A stretch of DNA of 64,000 nucleotides, taken from the NCBI GenBank assembly GCA_016748015.1, contig JAAOMT010000718.1, positions 310,001 to 374,000 of the forward strand. The letters run 5' to 3'. The notes beneath the pieces were generated by a model. It ran no database searches and had not been told where the DNA came from. It was given only the letters and a program-made list of their open reading frames with translations. Each line of letters opens with the position of its first letter. Position 1 is the stretch's first letter. The stretch comes from Geosiphon pyriformis uo1. Its lineage: Eukaryota > Fungi > Glomeromycota. A program made the position numbers and the translations under genes. Below are positions 14,001 through 27,400 of the stretch, piece by piece.

Positions 14001-15881
14001 TAATTAGATAATAGAAGCTGGTTGAATATAAATAAATTAATTTGGTTGGTTATATTGGTTATTAATCTCTAAAAAATTTTTAGTCTAAAGTTTTACTCAT
14101 TAAGTTTTTTGGTTATAAAGCACAAAAATAGTGTTTTTGTAGTTATAATGTTGTAATTGTATTTTTTTCTAAGCTAGTCAAGCACAGTGTTACCAGTAGA
14201 ATTTTAGCTATTAATTAGCATGAAATTACCTTCATAATTCCTATTATTAATTAGTATACATTATTATTATTTCGATTATTACTTATTATTTAATCAAATT
14301 ATCAAATATCATTACTCAATCAATAATCCGATTTGTACTCTAGAAATTAAGATGATCAAATTACACAATACCTTGAACCATTTAACATAGTCAAAATTCG
14401 TCGAAATTAATGAAAATTGGCCGAAATAATCAATAGTTTAGTGAAATAACTTGTAGTTCGCCAAAATGTATCTTTAGTTCACCCAAATTATAGCAAAGAG
14501 AAAAGTGCAAGTTCAAAGACTAGTACTACAACAAGTTGTATAAAAAAAGAGCTTTCCTCTTCAAGAAAATGTATCTTCTCATAGTATCTTACCATAGTAT
14601 CCTACTTTAAATATTTTAATTAAAACAAATCATTTTTTATACATTCAAATAAAAATTAAATATTTGAAAACCAAATTCTTAAAATTATTACACTTGAAAT
14701 TCTCTCAACACAACTAACATTTTGAAATTGATTAGCTACCAATTTCAATAAACTATTAGTGACTCCAGGCCTGGATAGAAAACGTTTCCCTTGATAAAAA
14801 TCCTATTTTTTTTACATTTTTTTTATTTTTCTTTTATTTTCTTATTACAATCATTAGGGTAGTCTACAGACGAGATTCCTGTAGAAGAGTTGACTTTCAC
14901 AGCAAAGTAACTACACATTTTTAGTGAGCTTCCAGATGAGCAATTCTTAGGAAAGAGTTAATGTTTACTACAATGTAACTACACAAGCAACTGGTACGAA
15001 ATTGGCCATTCCACTTATAAGCCCAGCAGTTCAAATTATAGAAGATAATTTGAAGATAAATTCAGTTACTAGAGGTCTAACTACTTCCTGAGAATGTGAA
15101 TTCACAGCAAATCAATATTAACAACATTCAAGAAAAGAGACCAAAAACCTCCGGTAACAACAGTTACTAAAGTTTGGTAATGTCTTTTTGTATTTTTAAT
15201 AAGTTAATAAGATAAAGTTAATATTTAAACTTAGAAAAAACTTCTCTTTTTTATTAAGCTATTATGAAATCTATTTTTAAACAGTAAATTTTCGATGTTG
15301 TCACTCTATAAAAAAAATAAAAAAATAAAATAAAAATAAAATAAAAATAAAAATAAAAAAATAAAAAAAATTAGTATTTTATTAATTACTATAATTAAAA
15401 ATAATTAATCTAAGTTGTTAAAATCTAAAAGTAGTTATGCTAATTGTATCTGGTCTAAAACAAAAATAAACAAACAATTATTCAAGTCTTATTAATTAAA
15501 GTATTTTAAGATTAGATTTATGAGTAAAATAATAATATTATATTTAATAAATTTGAAATATAATAGCTAAAAAAGTTTTCTTAAGCTAAAAGTAGAATAA
15601 AAATATTTAATAAATTCTTGTATTTTTTTATTTATTTATTAAAACTACTTAATTTTATACATATTTTCGAGTTTTACAAAATTATTTTAATTGTTTATTA
15701 TTATTAGTTATTACTTACTATTTTAGCTATTGTTTTGTTTTTTTTATATTATAACTAATTATTTTTAATTATTACTAGTTATTTTTAGTTATTACTAATT
15801 ATTCTGTGCTTTCTTATATTATTTTGTATTATTTTAAGTTATTTTATATTATTTTATGTTATTCTGTATTTTTACATAATA
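8026..15881 (-). mobile_element. 'Ghost' family-A gypsy element, extremely C>T/G>A mutated, with internal inversion 10344-12578 and a solo LTR in its 5' LTR
   Basis: Colinear nucleotide similarity to El2: RNase H ~8130-8560, RT with YLDN ~8915-8935, dUTPase ~10040-10345, capsid ~12580-13080, PBS relic ttcacaaagagcatta ~13936-13951, LTR from ~13954. Right end approximate. Confidence 0.8.
14188..15159 (+). repeat. Solo LTR of family B (El3 family), 972 bp, TSD ACAG
   Basis: Reverse complement of the El3 LTRs (TGTTACCAGTAGAATTTTAGC...CCGGTAACA). ACAG at 14184-14187 and 15160-15163. Confidence 0.93.
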
Positions 15882-18800
15882 ATCATATTTTTTAAATTAT
15901 TTGAATTATTTTTTCTATTAGATAATAATATTATATAGAATTAATTATAATTTATAATTTTTTTTAAGATATTTTTATAATTAAACTTATAACAAAAATT
16001 TAATAAAAAAGTAAAAATATTTTTTAAAACTAAAAATTTGTTTTTTTAAAGAACATTAAATTTATTATAAACAAAAAAAATATAATTAAACAATAATTTT
16101 GATAAATTTTTTTTAAAACAATAGTTTTTTTTGTGCTAAGCAAAATTAATTTAATAACATCAAATTTAAAATTACTATAATTAATTACATATATATAAAA
16201 TGATTAAAATTAAGATTTAAAGTTAAAACAAATAATTTAAAATATTTAAAAATCAGAAACTTTAATTCATAAAAACATAATATATATAAATTTTTTATAT
16301 ATGATAACTTATTATATTAAGATTTTAAAAATGTCTAATTAGCAATAAAATACACAATATTTTAATATGATTTTATATAATATTTAAATTATTAGCCAAT
16401 TTTAATTTTTCAAAAACATTTAAAATAACTATAGTTAAGACAAAAAAACATTCTTAAACTTGATTTATTTAAAATTATTAGTATCTTTAAACTTAAACTT
16501 TTATTAATCTTTGTTAATTTGTTTATATAAAACAAAAAACTACATATTTAAAAATTTTTTTAAATTAACAAAAATTACTACAGCTTTGAAATCTGTAAAA
16601 AAAAACTTCTGTATTTTAAAAATATTATAAATAATTATAATATTATTAAAAAAAATATTAAAATAAAATTAATTGTTTTTTTAATATTATACAAGTTTTT
16701 TTAAGCTAAATAAACCATCAAAAAAAAAGTAACCAAATTTAAGTCTAAATATCTTTTAAAATTGATATTGTATCTTAAATTATTTTTATTAAAATTACTA
16801 TTTAAAATAACAAAAATACTTTTATTAACTGTTTTAATAATAAATAAATTAATAATAGTAGTTTAATCTGTATATTAAAAAAAGTTTTAATATATAAACT
16901 TAATATTAAAACAAATATATTGTTCTTAAAAGTAAATAAATTAACAAAAAATAACTTAATATTTCAATAATTTGTAAATATACTTAATAATAATATTATT
17001 TATAATAATAATAACTTTAAAATTTAGATAATTTGAGTTTAAATTATATGTAAATACTTAAATTTTATTAAATTAATTTATAATTTAAAGTTTAATATTA
17101 TATTTTAATTTAGTTTTTGTTATTATAAAAATAAAACAATTATTTTTTTTATGTCAATAAACTATATTATTTTGTTTTACAAAAAAATTTATATTTTTAA
17201 TATTATATATACTAATTTTTTAAATTAAAGTAGTTATTACAAAAAAAATAAAAAACCAGAATCAAAACTCAAATAATCTAATTTTATTAAAACTATATTT
17301 ACAAAAAATTTTAAAATCAACATATTAATTTCTAAATTATTGTTATTTTTAAAGTAAAACAAAAAATAAAATATTAAAAAAATAAAATATTATTACAAAT
17401 TGGAGTAACAAATTAATAGATAACAAGAGAAAACAAAATTATAGAGTAATAGAATTAATCAAAAAAAATTCAACTTCAAAGAGTGAATTGAATAAATATA
17501 AATTCAATATGTGAGATTAGTTTTATAAAATATCTCAATTGCTATTTTTTTTAAAGAATAACTAAGGAATCTAAAGATAAAAAAATAGTTTATACTGTTA
17601 ACAAATAATAATACACTAGTATAATTTTATGTTTTATGTTAGTGCTCTTAGAATTTGATATCAAGTATCAAATGTACTCTTTAGTCATATTTTATTTAAT
17701 AATTTTTAAATAATACAATTATATAAGTCAGAAAAAGAATAAGTAAATGCCAACAAGTAATTTTTTATTCTAAGATATTCAGATACTTGAAGGTAAAAAG
17801 AAGGAATAACTAATAAGAAAAGAATTAAAATGATAGTTGTTATTTTATTTATTCTTGATTAATTGTTATATACTTGCTATATCTAAGAGACTTATTATTT
17901 ATATAACTATTAAAAATGATCAATAATTAGGTTAATAATTAGATCAATGATCAAATTATTAATCAAGTTAATAATCAAGTTAATAATTAGGTCAATAGTT
18001 AAGTTATTGATTAGATTAATAATTATTATCTAAAAATAGGATGGCTAATTATATAATATTAGTGGCTAATATATGTGATAACTAATAAAAACTATAAGTT
18101 TTATTTATAATAATATAAATAATTAATAATAAAATATAAAATTATTAAAATATATAATTTTAAAAATATTAATAAAAATATTAAAAATTCAAAATATTAG
18201 AAATTTTAATAATAACTCAAAAAAATTATAGAAATTTCAAAAATTTTATATTATAAAAATTTATATTATTATAAATTAGTTTTCTTAATATATTAAATAT
18301 TAATATCTTATTTTAATTGTAATTAGTTTTTTATAAATTTCTTAATTTTATTTGTGTAATAATATTAAAACTTTTTTTAATATTGCAATATAAATTATTT
18401 CTTAATTTTTGATTATTGTGTATATTTATGTATTTTTTTTTAAAAATCGAACAAAAATTTATCCACTGTTTTAAGGTTTTTTTTGAAACTATTTTTGCAA
18501 TTGTCTAATGTGTTTTTCTAATCTAAAAACATATAATATTAATAATCTTAGTACTTTTCTTAATTTTTATAATAAAGTTTTTATTAATTAGTAATAACAT
18601 AAATAAATTTAATCAGAAATTATTCTTCTAAAAGATTCAATTAATAAATAATAGTTTTATTTAATAAATAATACAAGTAAGTTTTTTAATACTTTGAATT
18701 ATAATAATTCAGTTTTTAATATTTTTTTTATTTTTATTTTGATTAAAGATTTTTTTAAAGATTTATTTTAAAAGTAAAAACTAAAAGATAATTAAAATAA

Positions 18801-19801
18801 AAGATTAAAATTTGACAAGATTAAACTATTGGATAAATTGTTGTTTTTTTTCAATATTAAATTATTATATATATATATATATTTGTAATTTTACAAAAAA
18901 ACACATTGTAATATATTTTTTTAATATTTTAACTTAGTGTTTACTGCTATTGTCAATTGGTGTTTACTATTATTATAAACTGGTATTTATTACTATTATA
19001 AATAATGTTTACTATTATATTAATTATTATTTTTCTAAGATTATTATTATGTTATATTATAATTAGATAATTTATATTATTTTATAATTTTTTTATTAAA
19101 TTCTTAAACCATAATAATATATATATATTATAAAAATATTAAAAACAAAAAAACAGACAAACTTAATTAAAAACAAATCTAATTTTATCTTATTAAATAA
19201 ATTTTATAACTATTAATCTATTACTTAAAATTTATAATTATTTTAAAATAAAATTATTAAATTATATTATTTAAATACAATTTTATAAGTTTTAATTTAT
19301 CTTATTAAAATCTAATTATTTTTATATTAATATTAATAATATTAATATAATATTATTAATAATATTAAAACAATAATTTTTTGATTATAATTATTAATAA
19401 AATACTAATTTCTAATTTATTTATTTATTTTTTGTTTTATTTTTGTATTTATTAATTAATTAAAAAAAAGTATTAAAATTATAATATCAAAAATTGTTTA
19501 ATAAAAAATACCAAAATAAAACATAGACTATAATTAAAAAAACTAAAATTGCTTATTAAAAAAGTAAAAACTTTTAAGTTATTATAACTTAAAAATAAAA
19601 AACTATTAACTATATTAAAAAAAGAGAATATATTAAAAATAATAATAATTAAAGAGATTTTAGATACAAATTAAGCCAAAAAAAATAAAAATTTTTTTAA
19701 TATTTAAATAATTATTTATTAAAAAAACAGACAAAAAAAAACAACAATAATAACATTAAATAAAAAAAACCATAAAACAACAAGTTAAAAAGAAAAAAAA
19801 A
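15882..19801. other. AT-saturated hypermutated DNA, probably unrecognisable TE relics
   Basis: Very few G/C, no long ORFs, same texture as the decipherable ghost element. Family not identifiable by eye. Confidence 0.55.
17922..18017 (+). repeat. ~8 copies of a degenerate 12-bp tandem repeat (consensus near AATGATCAGGTC)
   Basis: aataattaggtt/aataattagatc/aatgatcaaatt/attaatcaagtt/aataatcaagtt/aataattaggtc/aatagttaagtt/attgattagatt. Confidence 0.75.
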
Positions 19802-19943
19802 CTTCTTTCTTTTTTACATCCCAAATTCCTAAAACAGTTCAATTTTGATAGAAGTTTTTTACAGTTTTTATTTCTTTGCTATTTAGTTAGATACCTCGAA
19901 ACCTTTTTTGTTTGATTAAAAAGCTGCCGACAGTAGTGGCATT

Positions 19944-21745
19944 TTGGCTATGAAAAAATCCAAGAAGAAGTTATTTGCTGGCTCTGCTATTATTAACTCT
20001 TTTACTAGAAAAAAGTACAAAGGTGAGTTATTGAAGGAATCTGTCAAAGTAATTGGTGTTTCTGCTAGTGACACCTCTGAAGATTTAACTGAACATAAGA
20101 CTGAGAATACTACTAAGTTAGAGAGTATGGATATGGAAGAAGAGTACTTGATTAAGAAGACTAGCTTTCAACTGGGAAATAAGAAGGAATCTAGTAGTGA
20201 TAGTACTGATATGACACCCAAAGATCCCAAAAAAATGGTCATTAAGTGCACTCTTGGAAAGCCTCTGAGTGTAATTGATTTTAACAAAGAGGAAGATGAC
20301 AATAATGATATTTTGGACAAGTTTGTTCTCCTTTTACCTTATCTTTTGGTTAAGTCTTCTGTTCAGATTTTTGTTTGTAAATCTTTTGCTTTGAATATTG
20401 ATCTTAATGCTGTCACTAGGAATTTCTTCCAGAAAAAATTAGGTTTTATTAGAAAAATTTTCTCTAGTGTGAATGGTTTTAAGGGGGTCTCTACCTTCTC
20501 AAAATTTGGTGAAATTATCTAGGCTACTTTTACTTCAGAAAAGACATTGATAGCTGTAATAATTCTGACAAGTGGTCATGGTGTTATAGTAAACACCAAT
20601 TTCAAGTGCCCAGTCAACAATCATACAAATTGGGCAATTGTACTGAAAAAAATTCCTGTAGGAACTTCTGTGAAGGCTGTGCGAGTTGCAGTATCTGAAT
20701 TTGAGAAGATTAAGGCAATCAGAATGCAATTAGTAAGTTTGTGGCAAAAAGTAATCATCAAGTTAGAAGATTAGAATCAAGCTAATCTTTTAGCTTCTAA
20801 ATAGTCCATTTTTATCAGAAAAAATGTGGTGTGTATGGCCAGGACTGACATTGACAAACAAACATGGAATGCTAAGGATAATTATAAGGTATTGCTCTAT
20901 ACTCTCCCTATAAGAACAACTGCTCATAATCTGTGGGATTTCATTGGTTCTGTAAGTGGAAAAACCTGTGTTATTGATTGTAATCCTGTCAACTATACTC
21001 ATGTTTATTGTGCTATAGTGTGTTTCAATTCTGAGTTGAAATTGGTTAAAGCACTTGCTGTAACCCCTATTATAAAGGGAGTTGGTCTTACCTTTCATTG
21101 GCTTTGTGTTTGGAGTGTAGGAATTCTGGTCATATGTCTTTTACTTGTAAGTTGGTTAAGGTTGAGTTAATTCTCAGGGGCAGAAAGGCTCCCCTCTCAG
21201 CTCAGAACTGGTTCAAGTTAGTAAAAATTTATGAGAAAAAGTTGGCACCTATCTCCTGTCTTTTGGCTTTTAATAGAAAAACTTAGGCTTCAATGGTTGG
21301 TACTCTTTCTGCAAGTTCTCTTCGTGGTGTCTACTTCTCTCCTGGTTCTATTAAAGATGGTAAATCTCTCCCTTCTGGTGCAGATGATTTGGAAAAACAA
21401 TTGGTTAACATTAAAAGCAGTCTCACCAGCCTCATGGAACAAATTAGTAAGTTAGCTAAAAGGTTAGATTCACTCATGCTGGCAGTTTTCCAGTCTAGCC
21501 CTGGATGTCAACTGTTAGTGACCCCTTCCTCACAAAATTCAGAGGGTGATATAGTAATAGGAGTGGGCTCAAATGAGACCACTGGTAATGAGACTGCTAT
21601 GATTATAGATTCATCTGTGTTCTCCCATGTAATCAAGTTAGAAAATATGTTAGAAGATCTCTCTGTTTCTGTTCTGAGTTTGTCTGCCTGCTTTGATGAT
21701 CTGGTTCTGGTTGGTGGTGCGATTCCTCAACCCTCTTCTCAATGA
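19944..21745 (+). pseudogene. LINE-2 ORF1
   Basis: Fragments 19944-20522, 20547-20774, 20826-21170, 21098-21286 (CLECRNSGHMSFTC knuckle), 21293-21745. Confidence 0.82.
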
Positions 21746-24700
21746 TCATTCCAGTTTGGAAAGTTGCCACTTGCAACATTAGAGAAATAAACAATCCTAC
21801 AAAACAGAATAATATCATTTGTTAGCATAAGGATATGAGCAATTTAATTTCTATTTTTATGGAATCCAAACTGAAGGGGAAAATTTGTCTGTGGATTGCT
21901 AATAAGTTTGATGGTGTTTGGGTCTTTACTTCTGATTTGGAATCTGGTTATCTGGGTGCTGGTATTGTTGTCATCATGGATTCTTCTTTGGCAAGACATG
22001 TAAGCAGGATTTTAGAAATGCTTGGTTAGCTCTTTTCCATTAAATTACTTTTTAAAAATAAGATTTCTGTGTCAATTTTGGGGCTTTATACTGGTGCTTC
22101 TTTAACAGTTTGGTTTTCTCAGGCTGATAAGATCAACTCTTTATTGTAAAGGCTGCAAATAAATCCTCTTTTATTATTCTCAGTGGTGATTTCAATAAAG
22201 ATGGCTCTCATAAGTGTATAAGTTTCAAAAAATGTGTTGATTTAGAACTGGTAAATTCTTTGGTTAGTAGCTTGGCTGTTAAGATGCCCACATAGGCAAA
22301 CTCTAGAGATATTATGAAGACAATTGATTTCATGTTTGTTTTCCTGAATCTGGTAAATGCAATAGTGCATAAAGAGGTTTTGGGGATCAGTGAGTATTTT
22401 GACATGGATCACAAAGCTGTTTCCATGTCTGTAAATCTTGGTAGTCTTTTGGGCACACAGTTGTCCTTTCTTTGCAAATAGGTGAACAGAGATTAGTAGA
22501 AGTTCAATTTTAAGAATGCTGATGAAAATAAGTGGAATAATTTTAAGGATGTCATGTTGGCCAATGTAGCAATGTTCTCAAATGAGTTCACTACAGCTTC
22601 AAGATTCTCAGATTTAGATATAATATGGAATGTTATTCATAAGGTTATGACTTTCTTGGCTAATAAAATATTCAAAAAAAAAATGGTTTAAAGACTTTGA
22701 TTACATCTTCTCCAAAAAGTCTTCAAGGTTTTATAGATTAGAACTTTTGGTTTCAAAGATTGTTAGGGCTTTTCATGGAAATGATATTGATAGTTTTGTT
22801 TCTTTTATGGGGTGCTGGTATTTTTTGAACAATACTAAGACTTTGGTTATTTGTAATTTAGTGGATTCTGGTGTAACTTTTAATTGTGTTTGTTTTGTTC
22901 TTTTTGGTACTAGAAAATCTTATTGTGCTTTGAAGCTGGTGGAATCTCTGAGGGCTAAAGAAGCAAACATCAGATCTGCTATAGACAAAAGAATGGAGAG
23001 CTTCGAAATAAATAAAAGTTATTCTATCAAAAATGTGTTGGAGTGCCTATTTTGCAAAGTGGTGCTTGACCATTTGGTTGTTAATGACAAGCTGGTTCTG
23101 AAGCCTGGTTTGGTTAAGTCTAGGGTAGATACAATTATGGAAGATTGGACTTGGAAGTGTTAAACAGTCTCTGATGTTTCTGGTAATTGGTGTCATCAGT
23201 ATCAGCCTCTGGGATATGTTTTTAATAGAGCTTTTTCTGGTGTAATATGTTCAATTAAATTTGATGAATTTTTTGGAGTGGTATCTAATCTGCCTGATGA
23301 CAAGGCTGTTGGTTTCTCAAATATCTTGAATGAGCTTTGAAAGCATTGTGATAAATTTATTTTGGATATGCTTTTGGTGCTTCTGAATTTTTGTTTGTTT
23401 GGTAAATCTGTGTCTGGTTCTTAGAAAGAGGCTTGGGTCTCAATGATTTCCAAGCCATATAAGTGGAAAAGTGTTCTGACAAATATTTGCCCTATTGCAT
23501 TAATTGAAACAGCTTACAAAATTCTTTTTAAGATTCTTTCTAACAGAATCTCCCCTGCTTGTAGTACTTTTAATGTTCTTCATGGAGACAATTTTTTGGT
23601 TTTAAAGAGTACAACTACTCAGTCTCCTATTTTTGCAATTGGGTTGGTCATTGAGGATGCTTTGGAAAAAAACTGGGAGCTCTGGCTAGTTTTGTAGAAC
23701 ATGCAGAAAGTGTATGATTCAGTTGACTGGAAATATCTTGAGAAAAGTTTGATCAGAATTAAAATGTATAACAAATTCATTTAATTTTTTGTAATATTCA
23801 TAGGAATTGTACCAACCGAGTTATGATAGATTTTGGTTTAACAGATAGTTATCGTGTGCATGATGGTTTGGACCAAGGAAAGATTTTTTTTCTTCTTCTA
23901 TGGCATATATTTTATGATCCTCTGTTGTGTGAAGTCAAATGGCAGAAAAGTGTATGTGAGTACAAGATCAATTCTCATTTTATTTCTAAAGGTAGTTGCA
24001 CTAAATTTCAGGCTGGAATTTTTTCTTTATTTACTACTGGCACTTTCATTGATGATACAATTTGGGTTGGTAGCAGTCAGAATACTATTCAACACATTCT
24101 TAATGTTGCTAGTGAATTTTTCCAAATTAATGACATTTCTATTAATAATGAAAAGACAGTGGCCATCCCTATTAATAGCAGAATCAGCAATCTTTCTTTC
24201 TTTATTAGTGGTTCGTCCATCTTTATTGCCAAAAAAGGAGAATCTCATTGGTATTTAGGTATTTTTTTTTCAATTGAGGATCTTTCAAAGTCTAGTTTGG
24301 CTAAGATGCACTCAGATATTCATTTTTTCACCAATCTGGTTCTGAAGAAAGCTGTGTTAGATAAACAGTTCTTATATTTAATGTCAACAGTTTTTCATCC
24401 TATTGTCAACTATAGAATTCAGTTTAGTTTTGTTCCTGTTGATATGTACAACAAGTGGGATGCTCTGATTTGTAAAGGCTTGAAACTTAAATCTGGTCTG
24501 TTACTCAATTTTTCTGGTAATACCATTCATCACTCTTTCTTTTATGGTTTGAAGTTCTTTTTGCAAGTTCAATCTAAGAGTAAAATTGCTTTACTTGTTA
24601 GCTTTGTGAATTCTAATGGAGTTTTGGGTTACTTGTTTTCTCACCCATCTTATGACTTGCAAGTTTGGTGTTGGTGTCCAGTTTATCCATTGGTCTTTCC

Positions 24701-26440
24701 TGTTTGTACTCATATCTGTGTTTTTAATAACTTTCTGGCAGACATGATTCATATTCTTCTTGATTGTAATTTGTCTCTGAGTGGCTTTATGGCCAGTTTT
24801 TTTTGGTTTTATGGTGGGATGCCCATGTCTGCTGTTCTGAGTGAATCAAAGTTTATCAAATTTCTCTCTTCCCTTTAACAATATAGTATTGCCTTTATAG
24901 ATTAACTTTGTGATCATCATGGTGCTGTTTTTGATTGGTACATCTTTAAATAGTGAAAGAGATTGGACTCTCATGGCTTTGTTTCAAAGTAGTTCAAGCT
25001 GCCTGCTGCATTTCTCAATAATGCAACTTTTTCTCTGGCTCATTTCTTGGCTTTGTGTGATGTTAGTCCTTTGAACATTCTTGAGTCTAGTGATTTTGTG
25101 TCTGTTTGTAATTGTTTTTTACATGTTGATACTGGTGTTTTATCTGTGTACATGAATGGATCTTTAAAAAACTTGGGCACAGTCAGCTGTAAGACTGGTG
25201 CTGCCACTTTTTTTAAGGACATTGGTTTGGGTTTGGGTGTTGGTGTGTTGGGTTTGATGTTTTCTACTCTGGCAGAATTGCAGACTATTGTATTGGCTCT
25301 GAAGTGCATTCTCTTATCTAGTACTATTTATTTGTTTTTAGATAGTCAATTTGCTTTGGATGCTTACAAGTTGGAACTGGGTCTAGTATGTTCTGACTTT
25401 TGTAATTAGTGTTGGGTTAAGTGTTAACATATTGTTAATGTTATTTGCAGTAAAAATTTGAAAGTTAGTTGGCACAAGGTAAAGGGTCACTTTGGTGTTT
25501 TGGGAAATGAGCATGTCGATGTGATTGCTGGTGCTGCTTTTTTTTGGGTTGGTGTCTTTCTTTTTACTTGAATAAGCACTTTATTGTGGCTAATGATAGT
25601 ATAGTTTCTGGCAATTCTAGACACTTTGTTCACAATATCTTTTGTTCTATTTGTCATGCACATTGGGAGATTGGTTTTGGTTCTAAGTTTTTGGAGAATG
25701 ATTTGCTTTCTAAGATTGACTGAGTCTGCTCCTTATTGGTGTGGCATCCTGATTTGTACATAACTACTGGCTTTACCAGCTGGCCCTTGGCTAATACACA
25801 CACTTACTTCATAAAAGCTTTGCATTATTACCTATCTGTTGCTGTTTGGAAGCATCTTTATAGTAGACTTTATTCCAGTGTGTTGTGTTTATTTTGTGGT
25901 AATGTGGAGGTGTTAGATCATGTATTCTCTTGTAGGGTTAATGAGTCTGCTTGCCATTAATTATTGGATTCTTACATGAATTCCTGGAGAGCACTTTCTG
26001 GCTCTACTCATGCTTCTTCATGTGTAATGCAGCTGTTGTCATCCTGTGCTTCTGATTTCTCTGTGTCTACAGCTCTCTTCAAGAGTTTTGTTTTTGATAG
26101 TTGATTCTGCAAGGCTGTTTTCATTTTCCGTGATCCCAAGTTGGCTGGTATAGAGATTGTTAAATTTGTGTGCTCTCTCAGTATGGTGTTACAAATGATT
26201 ATTTGAGGTCTCAAATCAAATAACAAATCTGTAACTTGGTGCTCAGTATTTATTCTGATGGCTGATGATAATAGTATTGGTATGTTGTCTTTATATGAAG
26301 GTTTTGATTGAGAGTTCTTTGTATAATAGACAGAGATTCAATGATAAAGTAGTTGGTTGGTGAGTGGTGTTCTCAATTTCTGTCTTCAGCTTGATGGTCA
26401 GTTTATTCTGGCAGTCATGTCCTTTTGGTAAGCTATTCAT

Positions 26441-27400
26441 TGTTACCGAAGGTTTTTGGTCTCTTTTCTTGAATGTTGTAAATGTTTGTTGGTTGCAAAT
26501 TCATGTTTTCTAGAAGTAGTTAAACCTCCAATAACTGAATTTATCTTCAAATTATAGAAGATAATTTGAACTTGCTGGGCTTATAAGTGGAATGGCCAAT
26601 TCTTTGCCAGTTACTTTATGTAGTTATGTTGTAATAAACGTTAACTCTTTCCCAGGAATTGCTCATCTGGAAACTCACTAAAAATGTGTAGTTACTTTGC
26701 TGTGAAAGTCAACTCTTCTACAGAAATTTTGTCTGTAGGCTACTCTAATGATTATAATAAGAAAATAAAAGAAAAGTAAAAGAAATTGAATTCTGTCAAG
26801 GGAAACATTTTCTATCCAGGCCTGGAGTCACTAATAGTTTACTGAAATTGGTAGCTAATCAATTTCAAAACGTTTGTTGGGTTTTGGAGATTTTTCAAGT
26901 GCAATAATTAAAAAATTTGGTTTTTTAAATTATTTGGTATTTATTTCTTTTTGTGTGTGTAGGAATGGTTCTAAGTAATAAATCTAAAGTAAGATACATT
27001 TTTTTGAAGAAAAAAGCTCTTCTTTTATACAACTTGTTGTAGTACTAATCTATGAACTTGTACTTTTTCTCTTTGCTCAAATTTTGGCAAACTAAAGATA
27101 CATTTTAATGGACTACAAGTTATTTTGCTGAACTACTAATTAATTTGGGTAAACTATTCATAATTTCGGTAAATTTCTATAAATTTCAGCAAATTTCTGA
27201 ATGTTACAAAGTTCAGAGTATTGTGTAATTTGATCATTCTACTTTTTGTTATACTAATTAGATTATTTAATTGAATCGTGATATGTAATAATTGATTAAA
27301 TAATAAATGATAATTTGAAATGATATTAATATACTAATTAATTATAAGAATTATAAGAGTAATTTCATGCTAATTAATAGCTAAAATTCTACTGGTAACA
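26441..27400 (-). repeat. 3' LTR of El3 (960 bp)
   Basis: Direct repeat of 35347-36347; TG..CA termini. Confidence 0.95.

Noticed and set aside
15900-17400. Possible DNA-transposase relic (also 47510-49660)
   Set aside because: Coding-like texture, but no motif survives convincingly, so no family was assigned.
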